In this document: one piece after another, positions 11,801 through 20,030 of the stretch
Layout: every line of letters begins with the position of its first letter
Position numbering within the stretch: position 1 is the stretch's first letter
Source: Chloroflexota bacterium
Lineage (GTDB): Bacteria > Chloroflexota > Limnocylindria > Limnocylindrales > CSP1-4
Assembly (NCBI GenBank): GCA_013696275.1
Contig: JACCYW010000377.1
Location: 1-27,010, forward strand
Reading direction: 5' to 3'
Length of the DNA stretch: 27,010 nt
Notes under the pieces: model-generated
The model's input: the letters and a program-made list of their open reading frames with translations, nothing else
Database searches by the model: none
What the model was told of the DNA's origin: nothing
Position numbers and translations under genes: made by a program

Positions 11801-12678
11801 GGGAAGTCGGGCAGGCGAAGCTGCCCGAACGTGAACGAGAGATCGGTCATCTCGGCGATGAGGCGCGTGTTGGAGATGGCCGCCGGCTGGTCCGGGAAGA
11901 GGGCGGCCATCTGAGCGGCCGACTTCAGGTACGACTCCTGCGTGTCGAAGCGGAGGCGGTTGGTATCCGTGACGTTGGAGGCGGTGCCGATGCAGAGGAG
12001 GACGTCGTGGGCCTCGGCCTGACTCTGGTGCACATAGTGGAGGTCGTTGGTGGCTACGAGGCGAAGGCCCACTTCGGCTGCGAGGCGGAGGAGCTTCTCG
12101 TTGAGCCGGCGCTGCTCGGGCATGCCGTGGTCCTGGAGCTCCAGGAAGAAGTCACCCCTGAAGATGTCGCCGTAGTCGCCGGCCAGACGGCGGGCGGATG
12201 CGTCGTCGTCGAGCTCCAGGGCGCGGGCGATCTCGCCATTCAGGCAAGCCGAGAGACCGATGAGGCCTTCACTGTGCCTGGCCAGGTGCTCCCGGTCGAT
12301 GCGTGGCTTGTAGTAGTAACCGTCCAGGTGCGCATCCGTGATGAGCCGGCACAGATTGAGGTAGCCGGTCCAGTCCTTGGCCAGCAGGATGAGGTGGTAG
12401 GGCTGGGAGTCCTTGCCACCCTCCCGGTCGGTCATGGAGCGGCGAGCGACATAGGTCTCGACACCGATGATGGGCTTGATGCCCTTGTCGCGACAGGCCT
12501 GGTAGAAGGCGACGGCACCATATAGCGCACCGTGGTCGGTTATGGCCAGGCTGTCGAAACCATGGGCGGATGCCTGGCCGACCAGGTCGGTGATCCGCCC
12601 CAGCCCATCGAGCAGGCTGAATTCAGTGTGCACATGAAGGTGCGTGAAAGACGCACGTTCGACTCGCGTCAGCGCCAT
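8833..12678 (-). CDS. dnaE: DNA polymerase III subunit alpha
   Basis: PHP domain HLHVHTEFSLLDG, RGSAPGS, PDIDVDF catalytic motif, LLKFDFLGL, YGFNKAHA, ERMRMEKELLGLYLSGHP, OB fold. Start set to ATG 12678 (MALTRVERASFTHLHVH). Confidence 0.98.
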   Translation of the reverse strand: MALTRVERASFTHLHVHTEFSLLDGLGRITDLVGQASAHGFDSLAITDHGALYGAVAFYQACRDKGIKPIIGVETYVARRSMTDREGGKDSQPYHLILLAKDWTGYLNLCRLITDAHLDGYYYKPRIDREHLARHSEGLIGLSACLNGEIARALELDDDASARRLAGDYGDIFRGDFFLELQDHGMPEQRRLNEKLLRLAAEVGLRLVATNDLHYVHQSQAEAHDVLLCIGTASNVTDTNRLRFDTQESYLKSAAQMAALFPDQPAAISNTRLIAEMTDLSFTFGQLRLPDFPVPAGHTAESWLKEECQRGLIERYGATSAAVQARLDYELGVITSMGYAGYFLIVADFTRFARERKIATTCRGSAPGSIVTYTLGITPIDPIAYELPFERFLNPDRVTMPDIDVDFEDARRDEVIRYVTAKYGSDHVAQIITFGTMLARAAIRDVGRVLGLGYGEVDRIAKQIPNQLGIKLDEALQVTPALREMVAADPRVGKVIELAKQVEGVARNASTHAAGVVISREPLTELMPLQRATNSDSVMTQYEMHGVEALGLLKFDFLGLSNLTILRQAVDLIAATREGDPIDLERIPLDDARTFELLSSGETTGIFQLESPGMRRYVKELRPTSVHDLAAMVALFRPGPMENIPAYIRRKHGTEPVSYLHPLLEPYLKKTYGIFVYQEDIMSAAIALGGFTGPEADTLGFAIRKKKSSVLRAQKDRFVRQAAERGVSPHIIDAVFRAFEPFERYGFNKAHATCYGLIAYQTAYLKANYPVEYMASVLTAFRDNTERVGIAIAECRRLAIVVRPPDVDVSGLHFTVEEDAIRFGLLAVKNVGQGAIESIIRARTEGGPFRSLRDFCDRIDLRLVNSRVIEALAWVGALGRFGHPVQIIEALPAILPAAQAAQHQRLSGQIAAFDVLFAAAPDEPLPKRSEAPARERMRMEKELLGLYLSGHPMGDLAHVMTGYVNTYSGDLGEELDQQRIVVGGVVTGIRRVLTKARNTMAVATLEDLQGSVEVVVFPKVFEETGSAWVEDGIVLVAGRVDHKGDETVLLADSVWTWEQATALGPDGFAAALSAGDRRRRNGSATMPGNAMGRPEPVAVAMVSDAAMVRTVPRVSPLRGVNLEGTIEVSIGPRPGSLGGAVGTPAAMPVEPRIEPEAPQSVAALAPDDHDQTPWPDEARAELVAEEAAPTQPVEAAAGQSLHVHFRYAPQEMLIGVLEGLRELIRSRPGETPVVLHIPSGAGNEQEMRLRSRVAYDAELVAAVGRALGRGLVDFSVEADEG

Positions 12679-12825
12679 GTGTAGTCCGTGTATCCCGCGT
12701 CGTCGTCTTGGCTCCGACCCCCTCGCTCGAACGACTCCGCGATCCAGGGGAGTACCGCGCCCGCGCATGGATACCTGTCACTTGATCCATCCGCGGCCTC
12801 TCGGTGCGTCATCGCAGCGGCGCAG

Positions 12826-15000
12826 CTAACCGTCCGGCCCGAGCGTGGGACGGCCAGCCGGTACCCTGCCCGGCGCGCCACCGCTTATGACCTCAAAGCC
12901 AGAGTCGTTACGGAGCACCTGGTAGCCCGACCCAGAGACATGGAGGTCGATCGATCCGCGTCCCACCCGCAGCCGGGAGATCGTCAGCTCCGGGAGCCAT
13001 TCGGGGAGCGCCGGATGCACGTAGAGGCGCGAGCTATCAGCATCCGATGCCGCATGGATGCCGCATAGGACCGCGATGAGTCGGAACACAGCCGCCGCCG
13101 CCCAGGCCTGCGGCACGTTGGCGCCGAGGTATTGGACCGGAAAAGCTCCCTCGTCGCGAGGCAGGCCCGCGAAGAGCTCCGGCAAGCGGTGAGCCACGAA
13201 GTGCGACGCAGCGTCGAACATGCCGCGGGCCACCTGCGCCGTCTGGGCATCGAGCCCGTATCGCCGGAACCCGCCGGCGATCACCGCATTGTCGTGCGGC
13301 CAGACCGAGCCGGTGTGGTAGCTGAACGGGTTGTAGGCCGGATGATCCGACGAGAGCGTGCGAATCCCCCATCCGGACCACATATCGTCGTGTAGGAGTC
13401 GCGCTGCGACGCGCGCGGCCCGCTCGGGCGGGACGACGCCCATCGCCAGCAGGTGGCCAGCATTCGAAGCGACCGACCGCACCGGTCGCTTGTCACCGTC
13501 GAGGGCAAGGTAGTAGGTGCCCTCCTCCTCCCACCAGAACGAGTCGTTGATGCGCTCGTACATCCGCTCGGCTTCGGCGCGCAGGAGGCGCGCGTCCTCC
13601 GGCCGGCCCAGCACGTCAAAGATGTCGGCAAGTCGCCGCTTCGCGTCGAACGCATAACCCTGTAACTCGCACACCGCCAGCGGAAGCCGCGCGAGCGCAC
13701 CGTCCTGGTGCGGGATGGCATCGCCGGCATCCTTCCAGCCCTGGTTGTAGTAGCCGCGGGAAGAGCGTGTCTGGTACTCCTGCAGGCCGTCCCCGTCCCG
13801 GTCGCCGTGGTGGTCGATCCAGCGCATCGCCGATTCTACCGCCGACAGGTAACGGCGCAGTACATCCTCGTCGCCCGCCCACTGGTACAGGTACGAGACA
13901 AGGATCACGAACAGGCTCGTGGCGTCATGCGTCCCGAAGTACGGCGCGAACGGCAACAGCCCGAGCTGCGTCAGCTCTCCGCGCCGGATCTCGTGGAGGA
14001 TCTTGCCAGGCTCCATGTCCCGTTCGGGGTCGTGGCGGGTGGCCTGGAGCTCCGAGAGCCGCCGGAGGGCCCCGGCGGCGAACTCCGGGTAGCCCCCGAT
14101 GCCGAGCATCCCCGTGAGCAGTGAGTCGCGGCCGAACAGAGTGACGAACCATGGCACTCCCGCGGCTGGCACGACGGCCCCTCCACTGTCGAGCCGGTCG
14201 TGAAGCCGCAGCGCCTCCATGTCTCGGACGGCCTGCTCCCATGCGCGCCGGACGCCGTCGTTCGTCGTCGAGAGTCCAACGAACGGGAGTTCCGGCCCGA
14301 CGATCCCGGCGCGGTCTTCGGTCAGCGCGTTGCATCCGAGGGTGGTCGGGCGCTCGCCGATGTCGATGATGGGCAGCCACTTGATGCACACGTGCCAGAC
14401 ATCCTTAGGCACGATCAGGGCGACGAACGTCAGCCGACCATTGGCGAACTGCGGGCGGCTCGAGGCGCGTTCGACCCGGACCACCAGCCCTGGGCGGAAG
14501 GTCCGGTTCCGATAGCTGGTACGGAGCTCGCCGGCACGCGGGAACCAGCGGGTCTGCAGCGTGCCGCGACGAACCAGTTGGTGCCCCTTGACGTCGAACA
14601 AGTCGGCGAAGTCGGATTCGATGCGGAGCTCGAGCACCACGACGACCGGCCTGACGCCGTAGTTCACGAGGTCGTAGTCCTCGTGGACACCGCCCGCCAC
14701 GGTGCGGTCGAGCCGCAGGCCCAGAGTGCTGGCCGGGATGGAACCGTCCGAATCGAGCAACGCCGGGTTGGTGAATTCGTGGCGGACGGAGAAGTACCTT
14801 ATCGGCGCGGAGTTCAACAGGACGGGTCGTCGCCCGTTAAGGGTGGCGCCGTAAGCGGAGACGAACCGCGTGTCGCTGGCGAAGAATCCCTGTTCGGCGT
14901 CTGGCTCGATACCTCCGTCAGGGGCCGACACGAGGATCCGATCGTCGCGATTGATGGTGATATTGCCGGGCCCGACCTGGACGGGCAGCGTTAGCGACAC
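12826..15000 (-). CDS. Glycogen debranching enzyme / amylo-alpha-1,6-glucosidase family glycosidase
   Basis: PWFVTLFGRDSL, NQGWKDAGD, YHTGSVWPHDN, RLPELFAG motifs; last gene of the sugar ABC operon. Confidence 0.88.
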   Translation of the reverse strand: MSLTLPVQVGPGNITINRDDRILVSAPDGGIEPDAEQGFFASDTRFVSAYGATLNGRRPVLLNSAPIRYFSVRHEFTNPALLDSDGSIPASTLGLRLDRTVAGGVHEDYDLVNYGVRPVVVVLELRIESDFADLFDVKGHQLVRRGTLQTRWFPRAGELRTSYRNRTFRPGLVVRVERASSRPQFANGRLTFVALIVPKDVWHVCIKWLPIIDIGERPTTLGCNALTEDRAGIVGPELPFVGLSTTNDGVRRAWEQAVRDMEALRLHDRLDSGGAVVPAAGVPWFVTLFGRDSLLTGMLGIGGYPEFAAGALRRLSELQATRHDPERDMEPGKILHEIRRGELTQLGLLPFAPYFGTHDATSLFVILVSYLYQWAGDEDVLRRYLSAVESAMRWIDHHGDRDGDGLQEYQTRSSRGYYNQGWKDAGDAIPHQDGALARLPLAVCELQGYAFDAKRRLADIFDVLGRPEDARLLRAEAERMYERINDSFWWEEEGTYYLALDGDKRPVRSVASNAGHLLAMGVVPPERAARVAARLLHDDMWSGWGIRTLSSDHPAYNPFSYHTGSVWPHDNAVIAGGFRRYGLDAQTAQVARGMFDAASHFVAHRLPELFAGLPRDEGAFPVQYLGANVPQAWAAAAVFRLIAVLCGIHAASDADSSRLYVHPALPEWLPELTISRLRVGRGSIDLHVSGSGYQVLRNDSGFEVISGGAPGRVPAGRPTLGPDG

Positions 15001-15016
15001 GCGCGCTCAGGACCGC

Positions 15017-15739
15017 TCAGTCGACATCGACGGTGGGCTGGGTCGCGCGGCCCTGGAGGCAGTCCGCGGCCGGCAAGACGTAGCGGCTAGCCACCAGCGC
15101 GCAATAAGCGATCGAGATGGTGACGATGGCGGCGAATAGCACGAGGCTGACCGTGACGACGACCACCGACACCGCCAGCAGGCCCCCCATGCGGAGTGGA
15201 TAGGCCAGGAGCAGGAGAGCCGCCAACCGGAATCTAGCGGCGAGCGAGTCGTCATCCCTCCTCGGGTCGGCGACCAGCGAGCAGGCAGCTATCAGCCAGG
15301 CCCAGAGGAAAACGAGCCCCCAAGCTGCGGCGGTCGCGAGTGCCCAGCCCATCGGTCCGCCCATGACCGTTATCCCGGCCACGACGTTGACGGCTAACAC
15401 GAGTGTGCCGCCAATGCCCAGCGCCCCGACCAGGAGGGCCGGCCCAAGCAGTCGCCGGTATGCGCTGAAGGCGTCGGACAGGACGACGTCGTCGCCGCGC
15501 ACGATGAGCGCAGCCAGCCGGTGGACGCCGATGGCCGGGACAGCCAGCGCGCCAGCGAGCAGCACGGCGCCCGGCAACCAGATCAGCCCCGCTGTCAGGA
15601 CAAGGAGCAGGCCGATCCCCCAGATGACGTTCGCGGGGACCAACCGCCACGAGTGGTAGTAGAAGTCGAAGGTGGCCGACCGGACCGCCCCGCCGATACT
15701 CGGCGGGCCACTGACGGCCCACCGCTCAACCTTTGACAC
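15017..15739 (-). CDS. Integral membrane protein, DUF624/YesL-like accessory of sugar ABC operons
   Basis: About five hydrophobic segments; DFYYHSWRLVPANVIW motif; position between permease and glycosidase. Start codon uncertain. Confidence 0.65.
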   Translation of the reverse strand: MSKVERWAVSGPPSIGGAVRSATFDFYYHSWRLVPANVIWGIGLLLVLTAGLIWLPGAVLLAGALAVPAIGVHRLAALIVRGDDVVLSDAFSAYRRLLGPALLVGALGIGGTLVLAVNVVAGITVMGGPMGWALATAAAWGLVFLWAWLIAACSLVADPRRDDDSLAARFRLAALLLLAYPLRMGGLLAVSVVVVTVSLVLFAAIVTISIAYCALVASRYVLPAADCLQGRATQPTVDVD

Positions 15740-16622
15740 CAGACGCCGCGATACCTTCCACGAAGTAGCGCTGGAAGAAGAGGTATAGCAGCAGGATCGG
15801 CAGTGTCGCCAGCGTGACGACGGCCATGAGCGGCGGCCATTGCGTGAAGAACTCGAAGCGGAACTGCGTCAGGCCTAATGGCAGCGGCCAGTTGTCGCGC
15901 TCGCTCATGATCACCAGCGGCCAGAAGAACCCGTTCCAGGCGCCCTGGAACTGGAGGATGGCGACCGCACCGAGCGCCGGGGTCGCGAGGGGGAGCATCA
16001 CGCGCCAGAACGTCGTGAAGAAGCCGGCGCCGTCGATCTTGGCCGCCTCCTCCAGGTCGCGCGGGATGGTCTGGAAGTACTGGCGCAGGAGGAAGACGCT
16101 GGTCGCGGAGATGGCAAGTACCAGGATCACGCCGCCGTACTGCAGATCCCCCGCCGACAGACCGAGGAACCTGATGAGCTGGTAGATGGGCACCATCCGC
16201 AGTTGGTCGGGGATCATCAGCGTCCCGAGCACGAGCAGGAAAAGCGGCTCACGTCCCGGGAACCGCAGTCGCGCGAAAGCGTATCCCGCCATGCTGCCCA
16301 GCAGCACGTTCGTGACCGTCACCACTCCCGCGATGATCGCGCTGTTGAGGAACAGCTGCGGTAGTGAGGGGTTCAGCTCCGTGAATGCACGCTCCCAGCC
16401 CTGAAGCGTCGCAGGGTCGGGAATGAAGGTCATGCGGACCGAGTCGGGCTGCGTCTTGAACGATGTGATGACCGTCCAGGTGAAGGGCACGAACATTAGA
16501 AGGGCATAGCCGATCAGGAAGGTATAGCCGATGCCACGGCGAAACCGTCGTCCCCGGTCCCCGACCGCGGCGACATCGACCGCCGTGTCGGGGCGAAGCG
16601 GCGCTGCCCGCGCCGTAGTCAC
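15726..16622 (-). CDS. Carbohydrate ABC transporter permease (MalG-like)
   Basis: EAA motif IPRDLEEAAKIDGAG; AGYAFARLRFPGRE; C-terminal FFQRYFVEGIAASGVKG. Confidence 0.95.
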   Translation of the reverse strand: MTTARAAPLRPDTAVDVAAVGDRGRRFRRGIGYTFLIGYALLMFVPFTWTVITSFKTQPDSVRMTFIPDPATLQGWERAFTELNPSLPQLFLNSAIIAGVVTVTNVLLGSMAGYAFARLRFPGREPLFLLVLGTLMIPDQLRMVPIYQLIRFLGLSAGDLQYGGVILVLAISATSVFLLRQYFQTIPRDLEEAAKIDGAGFFTTFWRVMLPLATPALGAVAILQFQGAWNGFFWPLVIMSERDNWPLPLGLTQFRFEFFTQWPPLMAVVTLATLPILLLYLFFQRYFVEGIAASGVKG

Positions 16623-16629
16623 GGTCGGC

Positions 16630-17583
16630 TCACTGCCATGATGGGGTCCTCCCGAAGAGTTGGCGCTGGATCAACGTCGCCACGAAGATGATGAGGAACA
16701 AGACGATCCCGACGGCCGCCGCGTAGTCGAGGTTGAACTGCCGGAAGGCTGCGTTGTAGAGGTAGAGCACTATCGACATCAACGAGAAGTTCGGGTCACC
16801 GTTCGACCCCCCGCCGATGTAGGCCTGATCGAATAGCTGCAGAGCGCCGATGACCGACACGGTGGCGACGAAGAAGTGCGCCGGTCTCAGCAGAGGGAAC
16901 GTGATGCGCCAGAACGTCTGCCAAGTATTTGCGCCGTCGATCCGAGCGGCCTCGTAGACCTCGCGGCTGATCGTCTGGAGCGACGCCAGGTAGAAGAGCA
17001 TCATCGTGCCGGACGTCGTCCAGATGTTGAGCGCCATGATCGAGCCGAGAGCCGTGGTCGCCGTCCCAAGCCAGTTGTGGCCTGGAGCGAAGCCCAGAGC
17101 CGCGAGCGGGTCGATCGGCAGGCTGGCGCGGATGCCGTTGAAGAGACCTTGCGGCTGCATGATGAAGATGAAGAGCACGGTGATGGCGGCGGAGCTCGCG
17201 ATGGCTGGGAAGTAGAAAGCGGCACGGAAAAAGGTCTGGCCGCGGATCTTGGCGTTGACGATCACGGCCAGGAGAAGCCCCAGGGCCATCTGGAGCGGGA
17301 CGACCCAGAGCGCGTAAGTAGCCACGTTGTAGATGGCCTTCTGGAACGTCTGGTCGCTTAGCAGGCGTTGGTAGTTCTCGAGCCCGATGGCCTCCTGGGC
17401 GCCCCCGCGGAACTGCCATTCGAAGACGCTGATGACCAGTGCGAAAACGATGGATCCGATATTGAGCACGAGGAACAGGAGCAGCGGTATAGCTATCAGC
17501 CCATAGCCCGCCAGGATCTCCCGGCGGCCGCCGTAAGCCGACGTCCAACGAGTGAGGCGACGTGCGGGCCCTGCCGCCGCCAT
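16630..17583 (-). CDS. Carbohydrate ABC transporter permease (MalF-like)
   Basis: EAA motif ISREVYEAARIDGAN; FFRAAFYFP; strong GGAGG RBS upstream. Confidence 0.95.
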   Translation of the reverse strand: MAAAGPARRLTRWTSAYGGRREILAGYGLIAIPLLLFLVLNIGSIVFALVISVFEWQFRGGAQEAIGLENYQRLLSDQTFQKAIYNVATYALWVVPLQMALGLLLAVIVNAKIRGQTFFRAAFYFPAIASSAAITVLFIFIMQPQGLFNGIRASLPIDPLAALGFAPGHNWLGTATTALGSIMALNIWTTSGTMMLFYLASLQTISREVYEAARIDGANTWQTFWRITFPLLRPAHFFVATVSVIGALQLFDQAYIGGGSNGDPNFSLMSIVLYLYNAAFRQFNLDYAAAVGIVLFLIIFVATLIQRQLFGRTPSWQ

Positions 17584-17660
17584 GGACTACCCTCCCTCCT
17601 CTCCCCCGGATATCACCAGTGTCGGGCGGTCCCCTCGCAGGGTCCACCCCAGGTCAGGGA

Positions 17661-19073
17661 CTAACCGCCTAGAGCTGCCTGGATCGCCGGCAGTGTGGCG
17701 TTGACGATGTCGTCGGTCGTGCCGTTTCCATCGGCCGCATTGCGCAGCGCGCCATTGAAGGCATCCTGGATCTGCGACCAGCCGGGAAGGAGACCTTCGC
17801 CCGGATGGGCGAACTCCGCGAACGGCGCGTACAGCTGGAGCGTGGGCTCCTGCACCTCGACATCGCTGCGCGAAGGCAGCACGAGGCCACCGTTCGTCCA
17901 CTGCTGCATGCCTTCCTGGCTCGTCATGAACGACAGTAGCGCCCATGAGCCATCAGGGTTGGGTGAGTCCGGGCTGAAGGCATATGCCGCCGTAAACGAC
18001 AGAGTGGCTTCCTCCGCGCCCGTCGGGATGGGCGAGACCGTATAGGCGATATCCGGATAGGTGGTCGACATCGCGGGACCGACCCAGTTGCCTTCGAACG
18101 CGATCGCGACGCGCTCCTCGCCCAGCGCCTGACCGCACCAGTCGACGCCCATCTGCGGCGGATTCTGCGCGAGGCCGTCCTGGTGCATCTGAAGGATCCA
18201 ATCGAGTGCCTCGCGCGACTCGGGAGAATCGATCAGCTCGGCCGTAGCGTCCTCGGTCAGCATGCCCCCGCCATAGGCGTGCAGGAAAGCACCAGCGCGA
18301 GCGTACTCGGACGCAAAGCACATCGGTGTGTCCACCCCAGACTCCTTCAATACCTGCGCGGCCGTCTGAAGCTCCTCCACCGTGGTCGGGATGTCGACCC
18401 CCGCATCGGCGAGCATCTCATCGTTGGTCTGCATCCCCAGGACACTGGAATCCTTCGGGACACCGAAGGTCTGAGCCTCCTGCTGGAACGGTGCCAGGTA
18501 GCCGGGGTAGAAGGCGCTCATGTCGAAGCTGGTAGCGCTGATCCGATCATCGAGCGGCTGGAGAACGCCCTGCTGGATCCAATCCTGCGAGTAGCCCTGC
18601 TGGACGTAGAACAGGTCCGGCGCGTCGCCCGAACCAAGCCTGGTGAGCATCACCGGCCCGTACTCACCGGCGATGACCTCGAAGGAGACCGTATAGCCCG
18701 GGCACGTCGCCTCGAACGAGTCGAGCACCCCCCGCAGGATCCCCTCCTCGACGCCGCCCGCAGAGAAGCCAGAGAGCGTCAGATCGCCCGAGCCCGCACC
18801 GCAGTCGAAGCCTTCGACCGGGCCTGAAGATGTCGCCGGTCCGCTTACATCCGGTGACTCGCCACCGGGCGACTCGTCGGCAGGCGACGCCGAGGCCTCC
18901 GTAGTGGGAGCTTCCGTCGGAGGAGCTTCCGTAGGAGGAGCTTCCGTAGGGGACGCCCCAGACGCCCCTGGTGTACCAGTTGCTACCGGCGCAACGGTCG
19001 CGGTCCCTCCTCCACCGCAAGCCGCCAGGACCAGGACCGTCGCGGATGCGGCGGCAAGCCATCGATTGCGCAT
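17661..19073 (-). CDS. Carbohydrate ABC transporter substrate-binding lipoprotein
   Basis: Lipobox LAAC after a basic/hydrophobic signal; GDAPDLFYV, FGVPKD, AIAFEGNW features of sugar-binding proteins; GAGGAGG RBS. Confidence 0.93.
   Translation of the reverse strand: MRNRWLAAASATVLVLAACGGGGTATVAPVATGTPGASGASPTEAPPTEAPPTEAPTTEASASPADESPGGESPDVSGPATSSGPVEGFDCGAGSGDLTLSGFSAGGVEEGILRGVLDSFEATCPGYTVSFEVIAGEYGPVMLTRLGSGDAPDLFYVQQGYSQDWIQQGVLQPLDDRISATSFDMSAFYPGYLAPFQQEAQTFGVPKDSSVLGMQTNDEMLADAGVDIPTTVEELQTAAQVLKESGVDTPMCFASEYARAGAFLHAYGGGMLTEDATAELIDSPESREALDWILQMHQDGLAQNPPQMGVDWCGQALGEERVAIAFEGNWVGPAMSTTYPDIAYTVSPIPTGAEEATLSFTAAYAFSPDSPNPDGSWALLSFMTSQEGMQQWTNGGLVLPSRSDVEVQEPTLQLYAPFAEFAHPGEGLLPGWSQIQDAFNGALRNAADGNGTTDDIVNATLPAIQAALGG
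18907..18951. repeat. 15-bp tandem repeat x3 encoding the PTEAP linker of the lipoprotein
   Basis: ggagcttccgt(c/a)gg(a/g) at 18907, 18922 and 18937. Confidence 0.85.
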
Positions 19074-19146
19074 CGTCTCCTCCTCAGCTGCACGTTCGGG
19101 AGAGCGTCCCCGAGGACCCGTCGTGATCGACCCACGCTAGGCTACA

Positions 19147-19487
19147 TCAACGAACCGCTGGTACTTGGTCGCTGTAAGCGTAGGGCTTCGTCAGGAAAGC
19201 CGATGCCCCGGCTTGCTGGCGGCTGCGCCGGGTCGTGTCGTCATCGCGAGCGGCGAGGAGCACTGGGTCATGTCGCCGTCGTCGCGTCGCCTGGCACAGA
19301 GTTCGATGCCATCCAGGCCGGGCAGCATCACATCCAGGATGACCGCATCGAACGTCACTGAAGCCCAGGTCCTCTCCGCGACAAGGCCATCTGCCTCCAC
19401 CTCCACGCTGTATCCGGCGGCCATCAGCCCCCTTTCCAGCACGCGGGCGATCCCCGGATCGTCCTCGACGACCAAGATCGATCTCAA
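19147..19487 (-). pseudogene. Frameshifted response-regulator receiver domain
   Basis: ILVVEDDPGIA...VILDVMLPGLDGIELC in one frame; continues as (T)PVLLAARDD...AFLTKPYAYSD in another frame after a 1-nt loss near 19265-19267; stop at 19147. Confidence 0.8.
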
Positions 19488-19860
19488 GAAAGACCGGCAG
19501 TCACGGCCAGAGGCACACTGATCGTCATCGTCGTTCCAGCGCCGACCGTGCTCGTGGCGGTGATATCACCGCCATGGGCCGTCACGATGGCTCGCGCGAT
19601 GGGCAGTCCCAAGACCGCTCCACCTCGCATCCGTTCACGCGTCCGATCAGCCCCCTAGAACCGTTCGAAGATGTGCGGCAGTTGTTTCCTGGCGATGCCT
19701 GGGCCGTTATCGCCTTCCAGGATGAGAGCGCGCAACGTGGTCCAGGGCAACAAGGAGGACCAGTGCCGCGGGTTCTGACCACTTCGACCGGATGCGGCCG
19801 CGGGTCCTGACTTCTACCGGGTGCGGCCGCGCGTCCTGACGCCCCCGAACCGCCAGGTCG
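19484..19860 (-). pseudogene. Decayed histidine kinase HATPase_c fragment
   Basis: DNGPGI...LPHIFERF*GAD...GGAVLGLPIARAIVTAHGGDITATSTVGAGTTMTISVP with an in-frame TAG at 19655-19657; an N-box-like VLLVALDHVARSHPG in another frame; no HisKA or sensor domain. Upstream boundary approximate. Confidence 0.85.
19765..19852. repeat. Three imperfect ~29-32-bp tandem repeats
   Basis: Units starting gccgcg(g/c)gt(t/c)ctgac at 19765, 19797 and 19826. Confidence 0.75.
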
Positions 19861-19867
19861 CAGCTAG

Positions 19868-19926
19868 CACCTGGAGCGGCTCGTATCACCTGGAGCGGCT
19901 CACATCACTGGGCATGTGGCCGCTCC
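19868..19926. repeat. 15-bp direct repeat overlapping a 13/14-bp inverted repeat
   Basis: cacctggagcggctc at 19868 and 19887; ggagcggctcacat (19892-19905) pairs with atgtggccgctcc (19914-19926), followed by ttctt. Confidence 0.7.
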
Positions 19927-20030
19927 TTCTTGCATCCCTACGGTGCGTACTCGACCATCACACGATGGCGATGGACGGGAACGAGCCCAGCTGCGGCTGA
20001 ACCCTCGCGCCGCAGCCGCAGGCTATGGTG

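Noticed and set aside
8833-12678. Intein in dnaE
   Set aside because: No C/S...HN splice junctions or homing-endonuclease motifs; extra length is explained by the C-terminal linker.
12767-12790. atggat-N12-atccat palindrome upstream of dnaE
   Set aside because: Only 6-bp arms; no match to an operator I can name; could be chance.
15715-15739. Possible frameshift at the start of the DUF624-like gene (alternative GTG at 15722)
   Set aside because: An in-frame GTG at 15739 gives an intact ORF; cannot be decided without homologues.
19655-19657. Pyrrolysine or readthrough at the kinase TAG
   Set aside because: The gene has several other lesions and lacks its N-terminal domains; simple nonsense mutation is more parsimonious.
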